Assembly (NCBI GenBank): GCA_951406725.2
Contig: OX597816.1
Span: forward strand, 68,510,001-68,574,000
Source: Octopus vulgaris
Taxonomy: Eukaryota
Length of the DNA stretch: 64,000 nt
Reading direction: 5' to 3'
In this document: piece by piece, positions 41,626 to 56,371 of the stretch
Numbering within the stretch: position 1 is the first letter of the stretch
Layout of the letters: every line of letters begins with the position of its first letter
Program-made: the position numbers and the translations under genes
The notes under the pieces: generated by a model
Databases searched by the model: none
Told to the model about the DNA's origin: nothing
The model's input: only the letters and a program-made list of their open reading frames with translations

Positions 41626-42644
41626 GCCTATTGAACTTATGGACTTTAAGGCAGTTATTTGAAGCAGGTCGGTCGATGGAATACGATTAAAATTTTTAGT
41701 GTTTCGATTTCTTGGAATGATTCATTGATACTATCCAAGTAAAAGCATTGCGAATTACGACAGTGGATTCGACCTGTTGAATGGTTACAAGCAAACAAAT
41801 TTATCAATTCCGGTCCAATGAATAACTGGGTTGTATCAACCTTCAGAGCAGCAATTTACTAAATTACATTATTCACATTATTACATTAGTAAGATCTTCA
41901 GCCCAACCCCCACAAGCGAAAACTGCTGAAGTATTTTAGATTTAAACATGCTGTTGATGTACACGTATACACATTTACGTGATAATCTATCAATACATCC
42001 ATTTTGTTAGGCATTAGATATGTTAAACAGTTCAACATAATTCTACAACACTGAATAATTAAACTTGCACAATTGCTTTTTCATCCATATAACATTTACA
42101 AATTGGGTTTTCATCTACTCCAATTATATTATAAATTGTTTTGATAAATGTAGAACAATACTGATTCTATTGAAATATAGACAGAACTGATGTAGATTCA
42201 ACATTGCTACATTTATTCAATTCAGCTTCTCTGTTTACTTCAATGTTGATTAATGGCGAAGTGGCAATATAATATCCGAACTAGACGTCAGCTAATATTT
42301 ACTCGTATTCGATTCAGATCTGATAGCTATCAACATTTCTACGTGTCAGAAGGTGCTTAACTGTTAACATAATTAACGCTTCAAATATCGGACGCTTTTA
42401 CCATTCACAAGCAAGTAAGCAAGTACGTGATATCCTCCGGGTTGAAAAGAAAACTAATTCTTCCTAATAATATAAAAAAAAGAAATCATACTCTCTTAAA
42501 AACGACTATCATTAGTAGTTTCTCTTTTATCTTTACTTGTTTCAGTCATTAGAGTGCAGCCATGCTGGGGCGCCGCCATTAGTAGGCTTTAGTCGAAAGA
42601 ATTGACCCCAGTACTAAAATTTTATAAGCCTTATACTTATTCTT

Positions 42645-43310
42645 ATTTCTTATTTCATTACTGCCCACAAGGGGCTACACACAGAAGGGACAAACAAGGA
42701 CAGACAAACGGATTGAGTCGATTATATCGACTCCAGTGCGTAACTGGTACTTATTTAATCGACCCCGAAAGGATGAAAGGCAAAGTCGACCTCGGCAGAA
42801 TTTCATCTGAGAACGTAGTGGTAGACGAAATACCTATTTTTTTACTATCCACAAGGGGCTAAACACAGAGAAGACAAACAAGGACAGACAAACAGATTAA
42901 GTTGATTTTATCGACTCCAGTGCGTAACTGGTACTTATTTAATCGACCCCGAAAGGATGAAAGGCAAAGTCGACCTCGGCAGAATTTCATCTGAGAACGT
43001 AGTGGTAGACGAAATACCTATTTTTTACTATCCACAAGGGGCTAAACACAGAGAAGAAAAACAAGGACAGACAAACAGATTAAGTTGATTACATCGACCC
43101 CAGTGCGTAACTGGTACCTATTTAATCGACCCCGAAAGGATGAAAGGCAAAGTCGACCTCGGCGGAATTTGAAATCAGAACGTAGCGGCAGACGAAATAC
43201 CTATTTCTTTACTACCCGCAAGGGGCTAAACACAGAGAGGACAAACAAGGACAGACAAACAGATTAAGTTGATTATATCGACCCCAGTGCGTAACTGGTA
43301 CTTATTTAAT
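42645..43310 (-). mobile_element. head-to-tail array of 5'-truncated SINE family A units (183-184 bp period)
   Basis: junction gacgaaatacc|tattt at 42834, 43018 and 43201; last unit partial. Confidence 0.9.
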
Positions 43311-43507
43311 TTTCCACTGAGGAGGGAGCTGGTTTCCAACAATGATACAAGGCTTCATCTTTGGGGTTTAATTAACAGACAAATTCACATTTGCAACTTG
43401 CGAAAGTCTTGCATATTTTTACTGTTCCACTCACAGATTGGACTTGTGATGTATGAACCAGCCGGTCAATTTCTCTTTCTGAAAATCTCACTTTATCCAG
43501 ATTCTTT

Positions 43508-43815
43508 ATGTATGTATGTATGTATGTATGTATGTATGTATGTATGTATGTATGTATGTATGTATGCATGCATGCATGCATGCATGCATGCACGTACGTA
43601 CAAATATACGTGCGTACCTACCTACCTACGTATATATATGTATGCACGTAGGAATATATGCATATGTGTGTATGTATGCATGTGTGCATACATGTATGAA
43701 TGTATGTACGTGTGTTTGTAATAACGTATGTAATGTACATACATGTATGTGTGTATGCATGTGTGTATACATGTATGAATGTATGTATGCATGTATGCAT
43801 GTATGTATGTACACG
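43508..43815. repeat. (ATGT)n/(ATGC)n microsatellite
   Basis: directly visible. Confidence 0.9.
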
Positions 43816-45083
43816 AACACACATTCATGGTTTCCGCCCATCGCTTTCACTCAGATAGCATTAGATATTTCAAGACTATCAAATAAGATTCTTAACAAAA
43901 GTGCCACACATTGGGATCAAGATGGAATCACTTTGTTACAAAGTAAACTTTTGAACTTTGCCTCTATTCCTGTGCCAAACTCTAAGTTCAATGTATTTGG
44001 CCATAAGTTCATTATATTTGGCCATACAAAGTATAGATGGTCAAGATCAAAAGCTTAGCATTGTTTTCTATTTGAATTTGCAACAAATGATATCGTTACG
44101 TCTTATTTATATGAGAGTAGGAAAAACACGGCATGTTTGCTACGATTTGAAAGTGAAATAACCTCGTTTGTACTTTTAGTTGTTAATTCACATAACGCCA
44201 GCAATGAATCAGCAATGATGGCTTTACAGCTTCTTCTAATCTTTTATTATCTTTTTACACTTCGGCGAATTTTCTGCACTACTTATTTCATTCTTACTTC
44301 ACGTTTAAATAAACGTCGCAATGAAACAAGAAGGAAGACACAAACCACAGAGAAAAAGAAAGAGATGATACAATCAAAGGATTAGAGAAGATCGGAGACA
44401 AGAAATAACAGAAAAAGGTAAGACTGAATCAACGGATAAAGAATCATGTATGATTTGCACGAACGTGCAGTATTTTTACAATTCCAATATTGAAGATATT
44501 CCAATATTCCTGATATTCCAATATCGAAGAGACTGTCAACAGAAACGTTTGATAAATGGGCCTAGATATCGAACATTTATAGGTAAAATGGTAATTGGAG
44601 GAATAGTATGCTAGGTAAATATTTAAGGACATATATATGCAAATAGATAGAGAGATTCGTATTTATATAATAGGAAGCCTAACCGGGTTATGCAGAGTTA
44701 TGCTAAATATTACGATATTATTAATAAATCTATAAAGTTATCTACATCTATATTTTTCAATAAGTTAAATCTGTTGTCAGTCATTAACATAAGCAAATCT
44801 AACAAAATGAAACGACTTTCTCATGAGGTAAATATTTATGCATCAAAATATGAATATAGAAAAATCTATCAAAAACAGATTTTCCATGGATCCAACCAAT
44901 AAATTAATGTCTTGAAATGCATAATATCAGCGATTTCATGGTGTTGTTTGATATTAAGTTGATTTGCACGTTTTCATGCTCATGCGTTTTGCATTTGCGT
45001 GCATACATGTGCGTTTATATATATATATATAAATATATATATATGACTACATCTATCCATCCATCCATCCATCCATCTATCTA

Positions 45084-45116
<33 letters not shown>

Positions 45117-45428
45117 GTATATATATATATATGCATATATATAATATGTATGTATATGTATGTCGGTGTGTGTAAATATATAAATGTATATATGTTTGTA
45201 TGTGTATGTATATGTGTGTGTTAGTGTGTGAGAAAATGTGTGTGTGAATCTTCTTTGGCTGTCCGTCATAGGTCGATGTTGACTGTTCTTGTTCAATAAT
45301 CATCTCTGACGGGCTTGTATTGGGGCTACAAGGCCTGCGTTTGATATGTAGGAGTGATGATATGTGTTTTAGGTGTATGTATGCATGTATGTATGCATTG
45401 AGGAGAAAAAACAGAGAAAATATATATA

Positions 45429-46320
45429 TAAATAGTGCGATTGGTAATTTGACGCCATTTTATAGTTTTTATTTCACACATGCGCAGTGTTTGTTTTGGA
45501 TTTTATCGACTACACAATATAGCAGGGTCAGTTGGCACCGTCTGTCGGAAAAACAGCACCATGACGCAATACACTCTGCCAGAAATTTGGAAATGACATG
45601 CTGTGCAGCTTGGTATTCGCGCCGGCGAATCCAATACGAACATTTCGGATTGTTTGGGTGTCAATCTGAAGACAGTGCAATTCGAGGGCATGTGCCGAGA
45701 GTGATAAAAATCAAATAGCCAGTCGACATCTTAATGCTTGGAGTGATCACTCGTAATAGTGTCGTTATGCCTCCACTCATCTTCGCACACGGCCTCAAAC
45801 TCAACACGGAGGCTTATATCAAGTGCCTGGAGGAGGTAGTGCTGCCCTGGGTCAAAAGGGTGACTGATGGAAGACCCTATGTCTGGTAACAGGACTCTAC
45901 GTCATGCCACACAAGCAGGAGAATTCAGGCATGACTGTCAGACAATTTCTGCAACCACATCACCCCTAACATCTGGCCACCTAACATTCCAAACTGCGAC
46001 CCCCTTGATTATTATGTGTGGAGTTCAGTTGAGAGAAAGACCAACAAAACTCCTTGTAACGCCAAAGATTAACTGCATGCTAGGATTATGGCAGGATTCA
46101 CCAACTTAAAGAAAGAAACCAGCCAGAAGTGTTGCAGGAGATTCCGAAGTCGTCTGGAGCTTGTGGTTGAAGCCAATAGCGATTTCATTGGATACATTTA
46201 CTCTTTAACAATTTAAGATATTTTTATGTAATTTTGGTAAATACATCTCTTAAAACGAGATGTCAGTGTTATTTTCATTTTTACTAAATTTAGACGACAG
46301 TTTGTTCACTGCACCCTTTA
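45429..46320 (+). mobile_element. internally deleted DD37D (maT-type) transposon
   Basis: homologous to 13085-13865; QD-STSCHTSRRI...WPPNIPNCDPL-D gives 37 codons between the last two Asp; TIR end cactgcaccct. Confidence 0.85.
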
Positions 46321-46832
46321 TATATACATGTGTGTGTGTGTGTGTGTGTGTGCGTGTGTGTGCGTGCGTGTGTGTGCGTGTGCGTGTAATATTCTTGTAA
46401 CCCTGAATCAATATTTGTGTGTGGGGGCGAATGATGGAGTGTGAATATATTAATATGTAAGCGCAGCTTTTTAAGTGAAGCTTTTGAGTATTCTACTTTT
46501 TATACCAGAGTCCTCCCTTGCTCTTCTACTCTTCCCAAATACTGTTTAACTTTGCAGTCCCTCTAAGTTTGATTATAAACGAAGAAAACCATATTGAAAA
46601 CAATATGATGTAGAATTCGAGACAATCTTATGTTTAGAGCAATCACTTGCTTGAACTTTAACGTATTTAAAAAAATCCGAAAATCCGAAATATATTAACT
46701 ACAGTTATACTGGGGGCGTTTTGTTTAGGGATCAAAGTCCGTGGCATTTTCACCGTGTGTACTGCTATGGAATTAGCTTAACCGATAGGTAATGGTAAAA
46801 TAAATTCTGAAGAGAGAAACTGTGGAGACCCG

Positions 46833-46901
<69 letters not shown>

Positions 46902-46935
46902 CATATACATACATATATATATATATATATATATG

Positions 46936-47243
46936 CTGAGACCGCTTCGGTTATGACTGACCATGGGATTGCACCTAGAAAGTTACCCTTCCAGGCACAA
47001 GTCCGGGCAAGCTTGTTTATGGAAGACCAACAGTCGCCCATGCATACCACCAGTGTTATCAAGGGAAAGGCAAGCACGCTGATACAACTTGGCACATGTG
47101 ACGTTGCACCTCATTTTTACAGCTCAGTGAACTGGAGCAACGTGAAATAAAGTATCTTGCTCAAGAATACAACACGCAGCCCGGTCCGGGATTCGAATTC
47201 ACAACCTCACGATCGTAAGCTCGACGCTCTAACCACTGAGCCA
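46936..47243 (-). mobile_element. SINE family B
   Basis: minus-strand tggctcagtggttagagcgtcgagcttacgatcgtgaggttgtgaattcgaatcccgg; tail like the 6231 copy. Confidence 0.85.
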
Positions 47244-48587
47244 GTTAATTCCAGAAAGTCATGTCCTCATTAGGGATTACGTAATCCAAAGTAAGTATAT
47301 CACTGGTTTAATTCGTATCATATAATGCGAACATCATTGGTAATGTGTTCAGGATTATTGAAATTATTAATATTGAGGGAAAACAAGAAGAAAATGGAGG
47401 ATAAATGGATGTAATTAATAATTTATTTGTATGTTATGAAAAGATGCATCACAGAACAGTAGAAGTAAATTGATTGGAAGTTGAAAGCTCAAATAAAAAG
47501 AAATTAAGATAAAAAAAGAAATAAGAACCAACATATATGTTTCAGTCCTATCACCTAGTTCATGGAAATTACTAAGCATTTTATTTAATGCAAAGAAAGT
47601 TGTCACATTCTAACTATATTGTGGTAGGACCTCGACAGGGATCATATGGATGTCATGCAGAGAAGTAGTGGCTTAAAAGTTAAAAGCTATGCATTGAAAT
47701 TTTATTTGATTGGTAGGTTTTTAAAATTTATAAATATGCTATATACTATACATTATAATTAGGAAACATAAATAAATAAAAAGATGAAAATGCTATATAC
47801 TATATATTATAATTGGGAAATATTAATAATTTAAACGATAAAATATGGAAAAAATTTAAACCAAACTAAAAATATGATAAAATAAATATGATAGTTAAAA
47901 CATTAAAACATAAAATAAAAAGTAAAATAAATTACAATAAGTTAAATACAATAAAATAAAATAAAGCAGAATAAGAATAAAATCTATGGATTATTCTTAT
48001 TGGTTTAGTGAGAGATACAGGTATGACATGACCATGATAGAGGATGGATGGAAGTTTGAAAAATAGCTATAACTAGTGGGACTTACTTATCGTTGCTGAT
48101 TGGGATACATAGATGCATATTCAAAACAACTGGACGGTTGGGACAAGAAACATCGAATACATAATGGCTCATAAGTGTTTTAATTGAGTATATGTGCCTA
48201 AAATATATATAAATATACTCGCATACATAGATACAGTAGATACACACCCACACCCACCCACCCACACACCCATTTTATTAAATATTCCGACTATATGAAT
48301 ATAATATGACTGAATATTTCTTGATTTTTATCAATTTTATACGCTGTTTTCATTAAATTTCTTCAATTATTTCTTTTTCAAAAGTGGTTATGATATAAAA
48401 GTACGAAGAAATTATTGTTTTTAAATGAAAGAATGTTTTATTCATTTTTCATTATTCATTTATTCATTATTCATTATTCATTTTAATACTTAAGAAACTG
48501 ACATGATGTAGGATCGTTAAGTGAAGAGCAATTTCCTTAAGAGTTTTGCCGGTTACTTTTCGAGGTCTCCGAAGCTAAGTACGAGAT

Positions 48588-49050
48588 TATGCTTCCTTAG
48601 GAAGTTTGCTTTCCTACTACAGAGGCCTGGGTTCAATTCTGTTCCGTGTCACATTGGGCAGGTTGTCTTCAACTATAATCCCGGTTGACATTAGCCTTGT
48701 GAGAAGATTTAGTGGACGGAAACTGAAAGAAGCCACTCGAATATATGTATGAGTGTGTCTTCGTGCTTGTCCCAAACCACCGCTCGTTACTTGGTGTTAG
48801 TTTGTTTTTGTACACGCGACTTAGCGATTCGGTAAAAGACACCAATATAACTAGCAAACTTTCAAAGAATAACTGCGGAGTTTTATTTATTGTCTAGTCA
48901 ATTATTTCGCTTAGCAGCCACGTGGTTTTTATTCCAGTCTCGCAGGACACGGCAAATTAGATGTCTGGTTCGGGTCGATAAGTTCTGTTGTCAATTCAAG
49001 CTGATGCCCCAACAAGGCCGCAGTCTAACGACTGAAACAAGCAATAGAAA
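48588..49050 (+). mobile_element. old SINE family C copy
   Basis: gacggaaactgaaagaagcc and gactgaaacaag landmarks, diverged. Confidence 0.65.
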
Positions 49051-50149
49051 AGCCATCTCAAATATATAGCACGCTGCCATAGTCTCCGAAATTTATTATT
49101 TATATAAGAAACTCAAACTTACGAAACCATACCGAAAATGTCATATGAAATTGTACATAACTTCTGGTTAACTTTTAAGAAAAACAACAAAACGAAACTG
49201 AATCTTGTGAGTTTTCATATGTTATAACATAAGCCTTATATGTGAAATGTTATCAATTTGCAAAAGGCCTTTTAATGCTGTTTTTCTATTTGAAGTCTAT
49301 CATGGTATAAATTGAACAAAAATATTTCTCAAGAACTTATACAAAATATTTTTTCGTATTTACGTAAACTTCAAAGCAAAACTAGTGTTCTTGAAACGAA
49401 TATATCTATCTATATATATATATATATATATATACACACGTACGTATGTATGTAGATGTATGAATATATGTATGATTGTAAAGATAGATAGATGTAGATA
49501 TATATGTATGTATATTTGAATGTTTATATAAATTAATATATATACTTCCATATATATAAGTAAACCCCCCTCAACATCTATATATTGTATATATAAAAGA
49601 TGTATCTATGTATGAATTGATATATGTATGTATTTTACATCCATGTATCCAACTGATTAAATTTCAAGTGCATTCTCATAAAATATTTGCAGTGAAAAAA
49701 TTTATACAGAAATTATGGTGAGATGGTATTTGAAGTGTCAATGTTGTATGGATGAAATTTAGAATTTAAAATATAGACTAATACACTATATAATAGCAGG
49801 ATACAATTTGAGTAAACATGGTAAAGAACATATCGGATTCATAGAAACGAATAATAATGAATATAAAATATATTTCGTCCCATTAAAGCAACAAATATAT
49901 CGCTTGAAGTAACGGTTGTATTTTATTATACCAATAGAAGATATGAATTATTTAAATTGAAACAAAATATATAAAAAAGCACCTAAATGAAAATGTGAAA
50001 GGTGACAAGTGTGTTTCCTGATATTCATTATTTTATTAACCGGAAAAGTGAAATATATTTTTGATGATGTTTGGTATTAACGTTTCAGTAGTATGAATTT
50101 TGTAGTGGTAGCTTGTGTTACCAATAAACGCTATATATATATATATATA

Positions 50150-51215
50150 TATGTCATTATTTAATTTATTTCAAGATTTGTTGCCAATAGGGAAAGAACC
50201 GGTTTCTAACCTACATCCTTCATTGGAATTTCAACATCAGCAACTGGGTATTTTTGTGTGTGTGTATGTATATATGAATGTATATATGGATGTGCAGATT
50301 TAAATGTTTTACGTCTGTATTCTCATGCGTATATTTGCAATTTTAGACATGCTCCTATATATTTAAATGCTAAACGTCAGGTACGTTTTACAGATTTTAC
50401 AGTCCCAGTGATGGATTGGATCTGTAGTCTTCGAATTAGCTTTCTCCTTTCTGATTCTGAGAAGATTTATTTCTCAAGATTGGTATTTAGGCAGTGTGTT
50501 ACATATACCAGGGCCCCAATAAATACAGGTATAAACATGAACTTGTAATCTGGATAGAGTAAGTGCAGATTTCTCAATAGGTTTGCTCTTTTTCCCTGAT
50601 CTTCAACTTCATATTAACATCCACTGTACTCAGTTTCTCTTCTCTATCCAAAATCATTATATCAGGTGTGTTGTTGTTTACATTTTATTGAGGTCTTCAC
50701 CGATACGTTCCACCAGTATTCCTTTTTTATTATGGCTTTTACCATTTCGTGGGTTCTTACTTCTTTGTCCTTAGCATTATCCTTCCGACGCATTTCACTA
50801 TAGAGTGTCCTAGCTACGTCGTGTTTCATCGGTAGATAATACCGTGGTGACTGTTTCGGACAACTTCTTCTGATGTGGGTGATATTTTCAGTGTGAACTC
50901 TACAGAGTCTGAATCGGTTGTGACATTTTACCGCTTTTCCTGCATTACTATCTCTTTTGTGCATCAGGTACTTGGTTGATATTTCTTGTTCCTGGATTGC
51001 AAACGCATACCCTTCAAAGTGGGAAGTAGTAATCCGACTATTCGTCCATGATAAACTATTTTGATGATCGATGTTACTATCATCACGAAGCTTTCTACTA
51101 ACATATCCATGCATAGTCTTCTGCTTATATAGGCTCATCCTTTCATCTGATGACACGTTGCAGTACAGTCGTACGACTTCTTTGGGCATGTATTCTAGGT
51201 TATCAGACAAAGAGC
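50150..51215 (-). mobile_element. RLE-type (R4/Dong-like) LINE 3' fragment, distinct subfamily
   Basis: EGYAFAIQEQEISTKY, degenerate CCHC knuckle FRLCRVHTENITHIRRSCP, WWN, then frameshifted PDI and FIPVFIGAL. Confidence 0.8.
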
Positions 51216-51739
51216 GTTGCTCAAAAATGAAAAACTGTCATACAACTGTCATCGTCATTTGTATGTGTGCATATGAGTGTTTAGATATGTATGTATATAT
51301 ACATAACTGTGTGTATATATGTTGTCATGCTTACGATTGTCAACAACTAGCGTTGCTGTTTATGCTATAATGTTTCCCGTCTTGTTAACAAACGATTCAA
51401 CTGATACAAAACGATAAAATAAATACCAGACGGAAATACGAATATCGATTCAAATGATCAAATTTAGAAAATAGAAAAAGAAACTTGTTGCTGATAATCT
51501 ATTCCATTGATTAAAACTCTTAAGAGAATAATAGAATACAAGAATCGGAGAGTGAGACATACTCCCTTTGCCAGCGATGAGGTTTATATCATCACGCGCC
51601 TGGGGCACGTATAGAGAATATTTTAAATTGTAAACCTATCACAACTTATAACAGGATTTATTGCCATGTTGAAATGCGCTGGTAAAACAAATCTATCACG
51701 TCCTTCTAGATTGGATAACGCAGCACAGAACATGGATAA

Positions 51740-51834
<95 letters not shown>

Positions 51835-51902
51835 ACACACACATACACAGACACACACACACACACACACGTATATATATATTCACACACACACATATCT
51901 GC

Positions 51903-51933
<31 letters not shown>

Positions 51934-52321
51934 GATCGTTCAATTATTCTTCTATCATTTGATGATTGATCGATAATTTACTTTGTTACCAACGGATAGT
52001 ATCGCTAGGGACGTGCACATTACTGAAAACATGATGGATTAAAGCGATTGCTTCATATTCCTACAAGACAATATGGACAGTTCATCGATGAAGGTGGAGA
52101 CGATGAACGATGGTTGTTGGCGATGATGGTGGCGATTATGATTGAGACAATTACGATGTGTGTGATGATAGTGTTCTCTGGAAAAAATTTATTCAATACT
52201 TTCTAGAGTTGTCAAAGACATACTTCAAGTTTTCTAAAATTGAATAAAGTGAATAAAATAATAATGGCTACACACAAACTTGTACCTAATAAAGAAAATT
52301 AATAATAACAATAATAATAAT

Positions 52322-52704
52322 GATAACAAGACAAAAAACATGCCTCCTCATTGATATGACTGTCCCAATCGATATAAACGTATCTGTCAAGACCTACCAG
52401 AAACTGAGCAAATATAAAGATCTGGAAATAGAAATCAGCAAAATGTGGAAGCTGAAGACTAAAACAATACCTGTTACCATAGGTGCCCTGGGAATGATAG
52501 CAAAAGGGGCTGATTGCTACCTAACTCAGATACCAGGAAACCCCAAAATGGCAGAAATTCAAAAGATAGTGCTACTGGGAACTGCTCATATCCTATGCAA
52601 AATACCTAGACATAACACCAACACGAACTTCCAACTTGTTGTCTCTTGAGGTCTCTGGATGAGACTTGGAGCCAGCTTGTGCAAATGTAAAGCAAAATTC
52701 AAAC

Positions 52705-52764
<60 letters not shown>

Positions 52765-52783
52765 TAATAATAATAATAATAAT
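52322..52783 (+). mobile_element. R4/Dong-like LINE 3' end inserted in (TAA)n
   Basis: CLLIDMTVPIDINVSVKTYQKLSKYKDLEIEISKMWKLKTKTIPVTIGALG...LLGTAHIL; TAA repeats on both sides; same family as 23895. Confidence 0.9.
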
Positions 52784-52879
52784 AAGAAGAAGAAGAAGAA
52801 GAAGAAGAAGACTTTTTGCCACAAGGTCAGCTTTGGAGAGGTGGCAATGAGTTGATTACATCGACCCCAGTGCATCTGC

Positions 52880-54105
52880 TGCGAGGGAGAAACATATTTG
52901 CTTAAAAGCCGAATGCCAGAAACATAATTTCGGCAATAAACTCGCGCGCAGTCTCAGTAGTTCAGTATGGTGCTGGAATCCTAAAGTGGACAGAGGCGGA
53001 TCTAATGGAGATGGACAGGAAGTCAAGAAAGCTCCTAACGATGCACAAATCCCTTCATCCACGTGCAGACACTGATCACCTATACATGAAGTGAGCAAAT
53101 GGAGGAAGAGGACTGATAAGTGTGAAAGACTGCGAGCGTATCGAACTCGAGAGCTCAATGAGATACCTAGCCTAAAGTGAGGAAACCATGCTAGTGTCAA
53201 TTGGAAACGGGGGAGTATTCAGAGCAGAGGGGAAAAGGAAGACAAAGGAAGAAGTACCAAAAAAACATGAAGAAGAACGGACTACGCAATCAATTCGATA
53301 TAGACACAACAGAATTTGCTGAAAAAAATAGGTGGCATTGGCTGATGAAAGAACATTAAAAAAAGAGACCGAGACCACAGGACTGGCAGTGCTAGACCAA
53401 GCTCTGGCCACGAACTTGAGAGTCAACCTTAAGAAATAGCAAATGTCTCAGCTGTGCTGTATCTTCAATAGAGTGGATGAAACCATTGCCCATATCACGA
53501 ACGAATGCCCTAGATTTGCCCATAACCACTACAAATTGTAGTGACAAGATCAAGTACCGAAAGTGCTGGAAAGTACTGGAAGCTTTGCAAAGAGTGGGGG
53601 CTAGAGAGCGGCAAGACGTGATATGAGTACAAGCTGCAGTGTGTGACGGAATCGGAGACTATCAAAATCCACTGGAATTTCTCAATCCAAACAGATAAAG
53701 TGCTACAGTATAATAGACAGGACCTAGTGGTGTTGGACAAGGTGCACCATATATGCTATATAGTTGATGTTGCAAGATCCTTTGAGTCAGGAATAGTCAG
53801 GAAGGAAGGCGAAATGGCCCGGCTATGGAAAATAAAGAAGGTGAAGATAGAGTCAATTATTATTGGGTCCTTGGCAATAGTATCAGAAAGCTTCAAGGAG
53901 AATATAAAGATATTGGAATAAAATGCCCAGTTGAAATGTTAGAAACATTTTGCCTCCTTGGCACGGCCAGAATAATCAGGAAAGTATTAGATAGCTGTAA
54001 AGAACGGATAGCATGGTATCATAGGCTGCAGGTAGCAAGCCTGCTACGCTTGCAAGATGCCAGGAGTTCAACAAAACCTATGATAAAGAGAAATAATGAT
54101 AATTA
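52880..54105 (+). mobile_element. decayed R4/Dong-like LINE, third subfamily
   Basis: NGGRGLISVKD, DETIAHITNECP, IHWNFSIQTDKVLQYNRQDLVVLDK...YIVDVA, IIIGSL and LLGTARIIRKVL; aat-rich tail. Confidence 0.8.
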
Positions 54106-54779
54106 TCATTATTTCTACTCTAGGCACAAGGCCTTGAAAATCATTTGGGGAAAATGAGCTAAGTCCGTAACTGGTACTTATTTCATCGACCCCGAAAAGA
54201 TGAAAGGCGAATCAGACACAAATCAGGACTTAAATCAGATACAAAGATGTAAATTTTCGGTTGGTAGGTCGTTTATAATGATCCCAGATTCTATCCTTTA
54301 TCTATTTGATTGAACACAGAAGGATGAAAGGAATTAAATTGACCTCCGAGGGATTCGAACTCAGACTGCAAATGGTCGGGAAAAATAACTTCAAAATACT
54401 CCTCTGGTACTGTGCAGTTTCGAAAAGCGTAAGATAATACTGTAAAACACGCCAAAACATCATAAAGTAATGGATAACAATAAAAATAAATAATAACACA
54501 TATAAAACAAACGAAATGAAAATATTTAACAGAGAAACGAAAGACAAAAAGGAATCAAATACAAGCATGGAACTTTTCTATACAATTATCTTTCGTTTGC
54601 AGATGCAAAGAAATGCAGAAAGTTTGTTTTAAAAACCAACAAAAATAAAATCTTTTTCAGTTGATTCTTTTAGTTTTTTATTCCTTCTACCACTCACCTC
54701 CACCGTCCCTCTACACACATACACATAAATAAATTTATATAAATGCAGACACAAACACACACACACACATGTGTGTGTG

Positions 54780-54941
54780 CGCGTGTGCATGAAAGAGTGT
54801 ATATATGTATGTATATATATTTAAGTTTTCACTTATACCTGTATCATACATACACATATGTATGCGTGTAATCATATATATGTGTCTGTGTGTGTATGCA
54901 TTTATGTACACACACACATATACATACGTACACACACACAC

Positions 54942-54986
<45 letters not shown>

Positions 54987-55364
54987 CGTGTGTGTATGTG
55001 TGTGTAAGTGCGTGTCTGTCTGCATTTTAATATTTATAAACTTTTTCATCCTCTATTTCGTAATATTCGAAGGATTATGGTTCTCCAATAATTTTATAAA
55101 AAAGATATGCTCTCCAAACAAAATCGAAAAACGTACTTCAATCACAAGTGAAAAATAGACTATTACGGTTAAAAAAACTATTGTATAAATGGAAACACAT
55201 ACACGCACAGACAAATGGATGTTTAGGCTGTAAGTGTGTATGTACGAATTTAAGTGTGTATGCATATATGTATGAATATACGCATACACACACACACACA
55301 TATATACAAATACATACATATATATATGTAAACACACATATATATGTATGTAGTTTATGTTTGC

Positions 55365-55410
<46 letters not shown>

Positions 55411-56311
55411 CTCTTTGCGTGTGAGTGCGCAATATATTTATATATATATATATGTACAAATATATATAAATATATATATACATATACCATATAAATTCAT
55501 ATATGTATATATATAAATATATATATATATCGACGTATACATACAAATATATATGTCTATATATAAATATATTTATTTAGATATAAACATACATAAGTAT
55601 ATGAATATATATTTGCGTGTATATATAAACATATATATATATATATTCACACACACACATACATATCTATAAAATAATCTCTATGGAAATCAATGTGTTT
55701 GTCTGAGTACATGCATATGTTAGTATGAATATGGAAAAATAACATATTTACAGCCGCATCGTTTTGTTTCATTTTAACATCGTACTTTAAACATACACAC
55801 CCACACAGTCACATACACATACACGCGCGCGCACATAGATATACATACATTCATATATGTATATATATGTATGTGTGTGTGTGTGTGTGTATTTATAGCA
55901 GTATGCATATATCTGTGCATTGTCTATTTTAACTGTAAAGTTTATCTATGCAGATGGCCAGGCAAATGTTTCGCTAATGCTTGCGAAAGGATTTTCTTGG
56001 TGATTATCTGAAGTATGCCTTTGCAATTTTATTTAAATTTCGCGAAGAGATCTTATTACGATTGGGCAAATATTTTCTACTTAGTTAAATGTAACCTACC
56101 TAATGTGTGTTTATATATATATGTATATATATATCTATATCTATATATATATATATATACCTATATATGGATGTATATATGTATACACACACACATATAT
56201 ATATGCATACATACATACATACATATATATGTATATATTTATGCATATATGTATATATATACATAAATACTCACACAGACCCACACACGCACGCACGCAC
56301 ATACAGACAAA

Positions 56312-56366
<55 letters not shown>

Positions 56367-56370
56367 GTAT
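54780..56370. repeat. microsatellite-rich block
   Basis: directly visible (TA)/(CA)/(TG) tracts. Confidence 0.85.
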
Positions 56371-56371
56371 A

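Noticed and set aside
50180-50228. GAAACCGGUU (minus strand) near the R4-like 3' UTR as a hammerhead
   Set aside because: Core reads CCAAUGA, and there is no stem II or valid cleavage triplet
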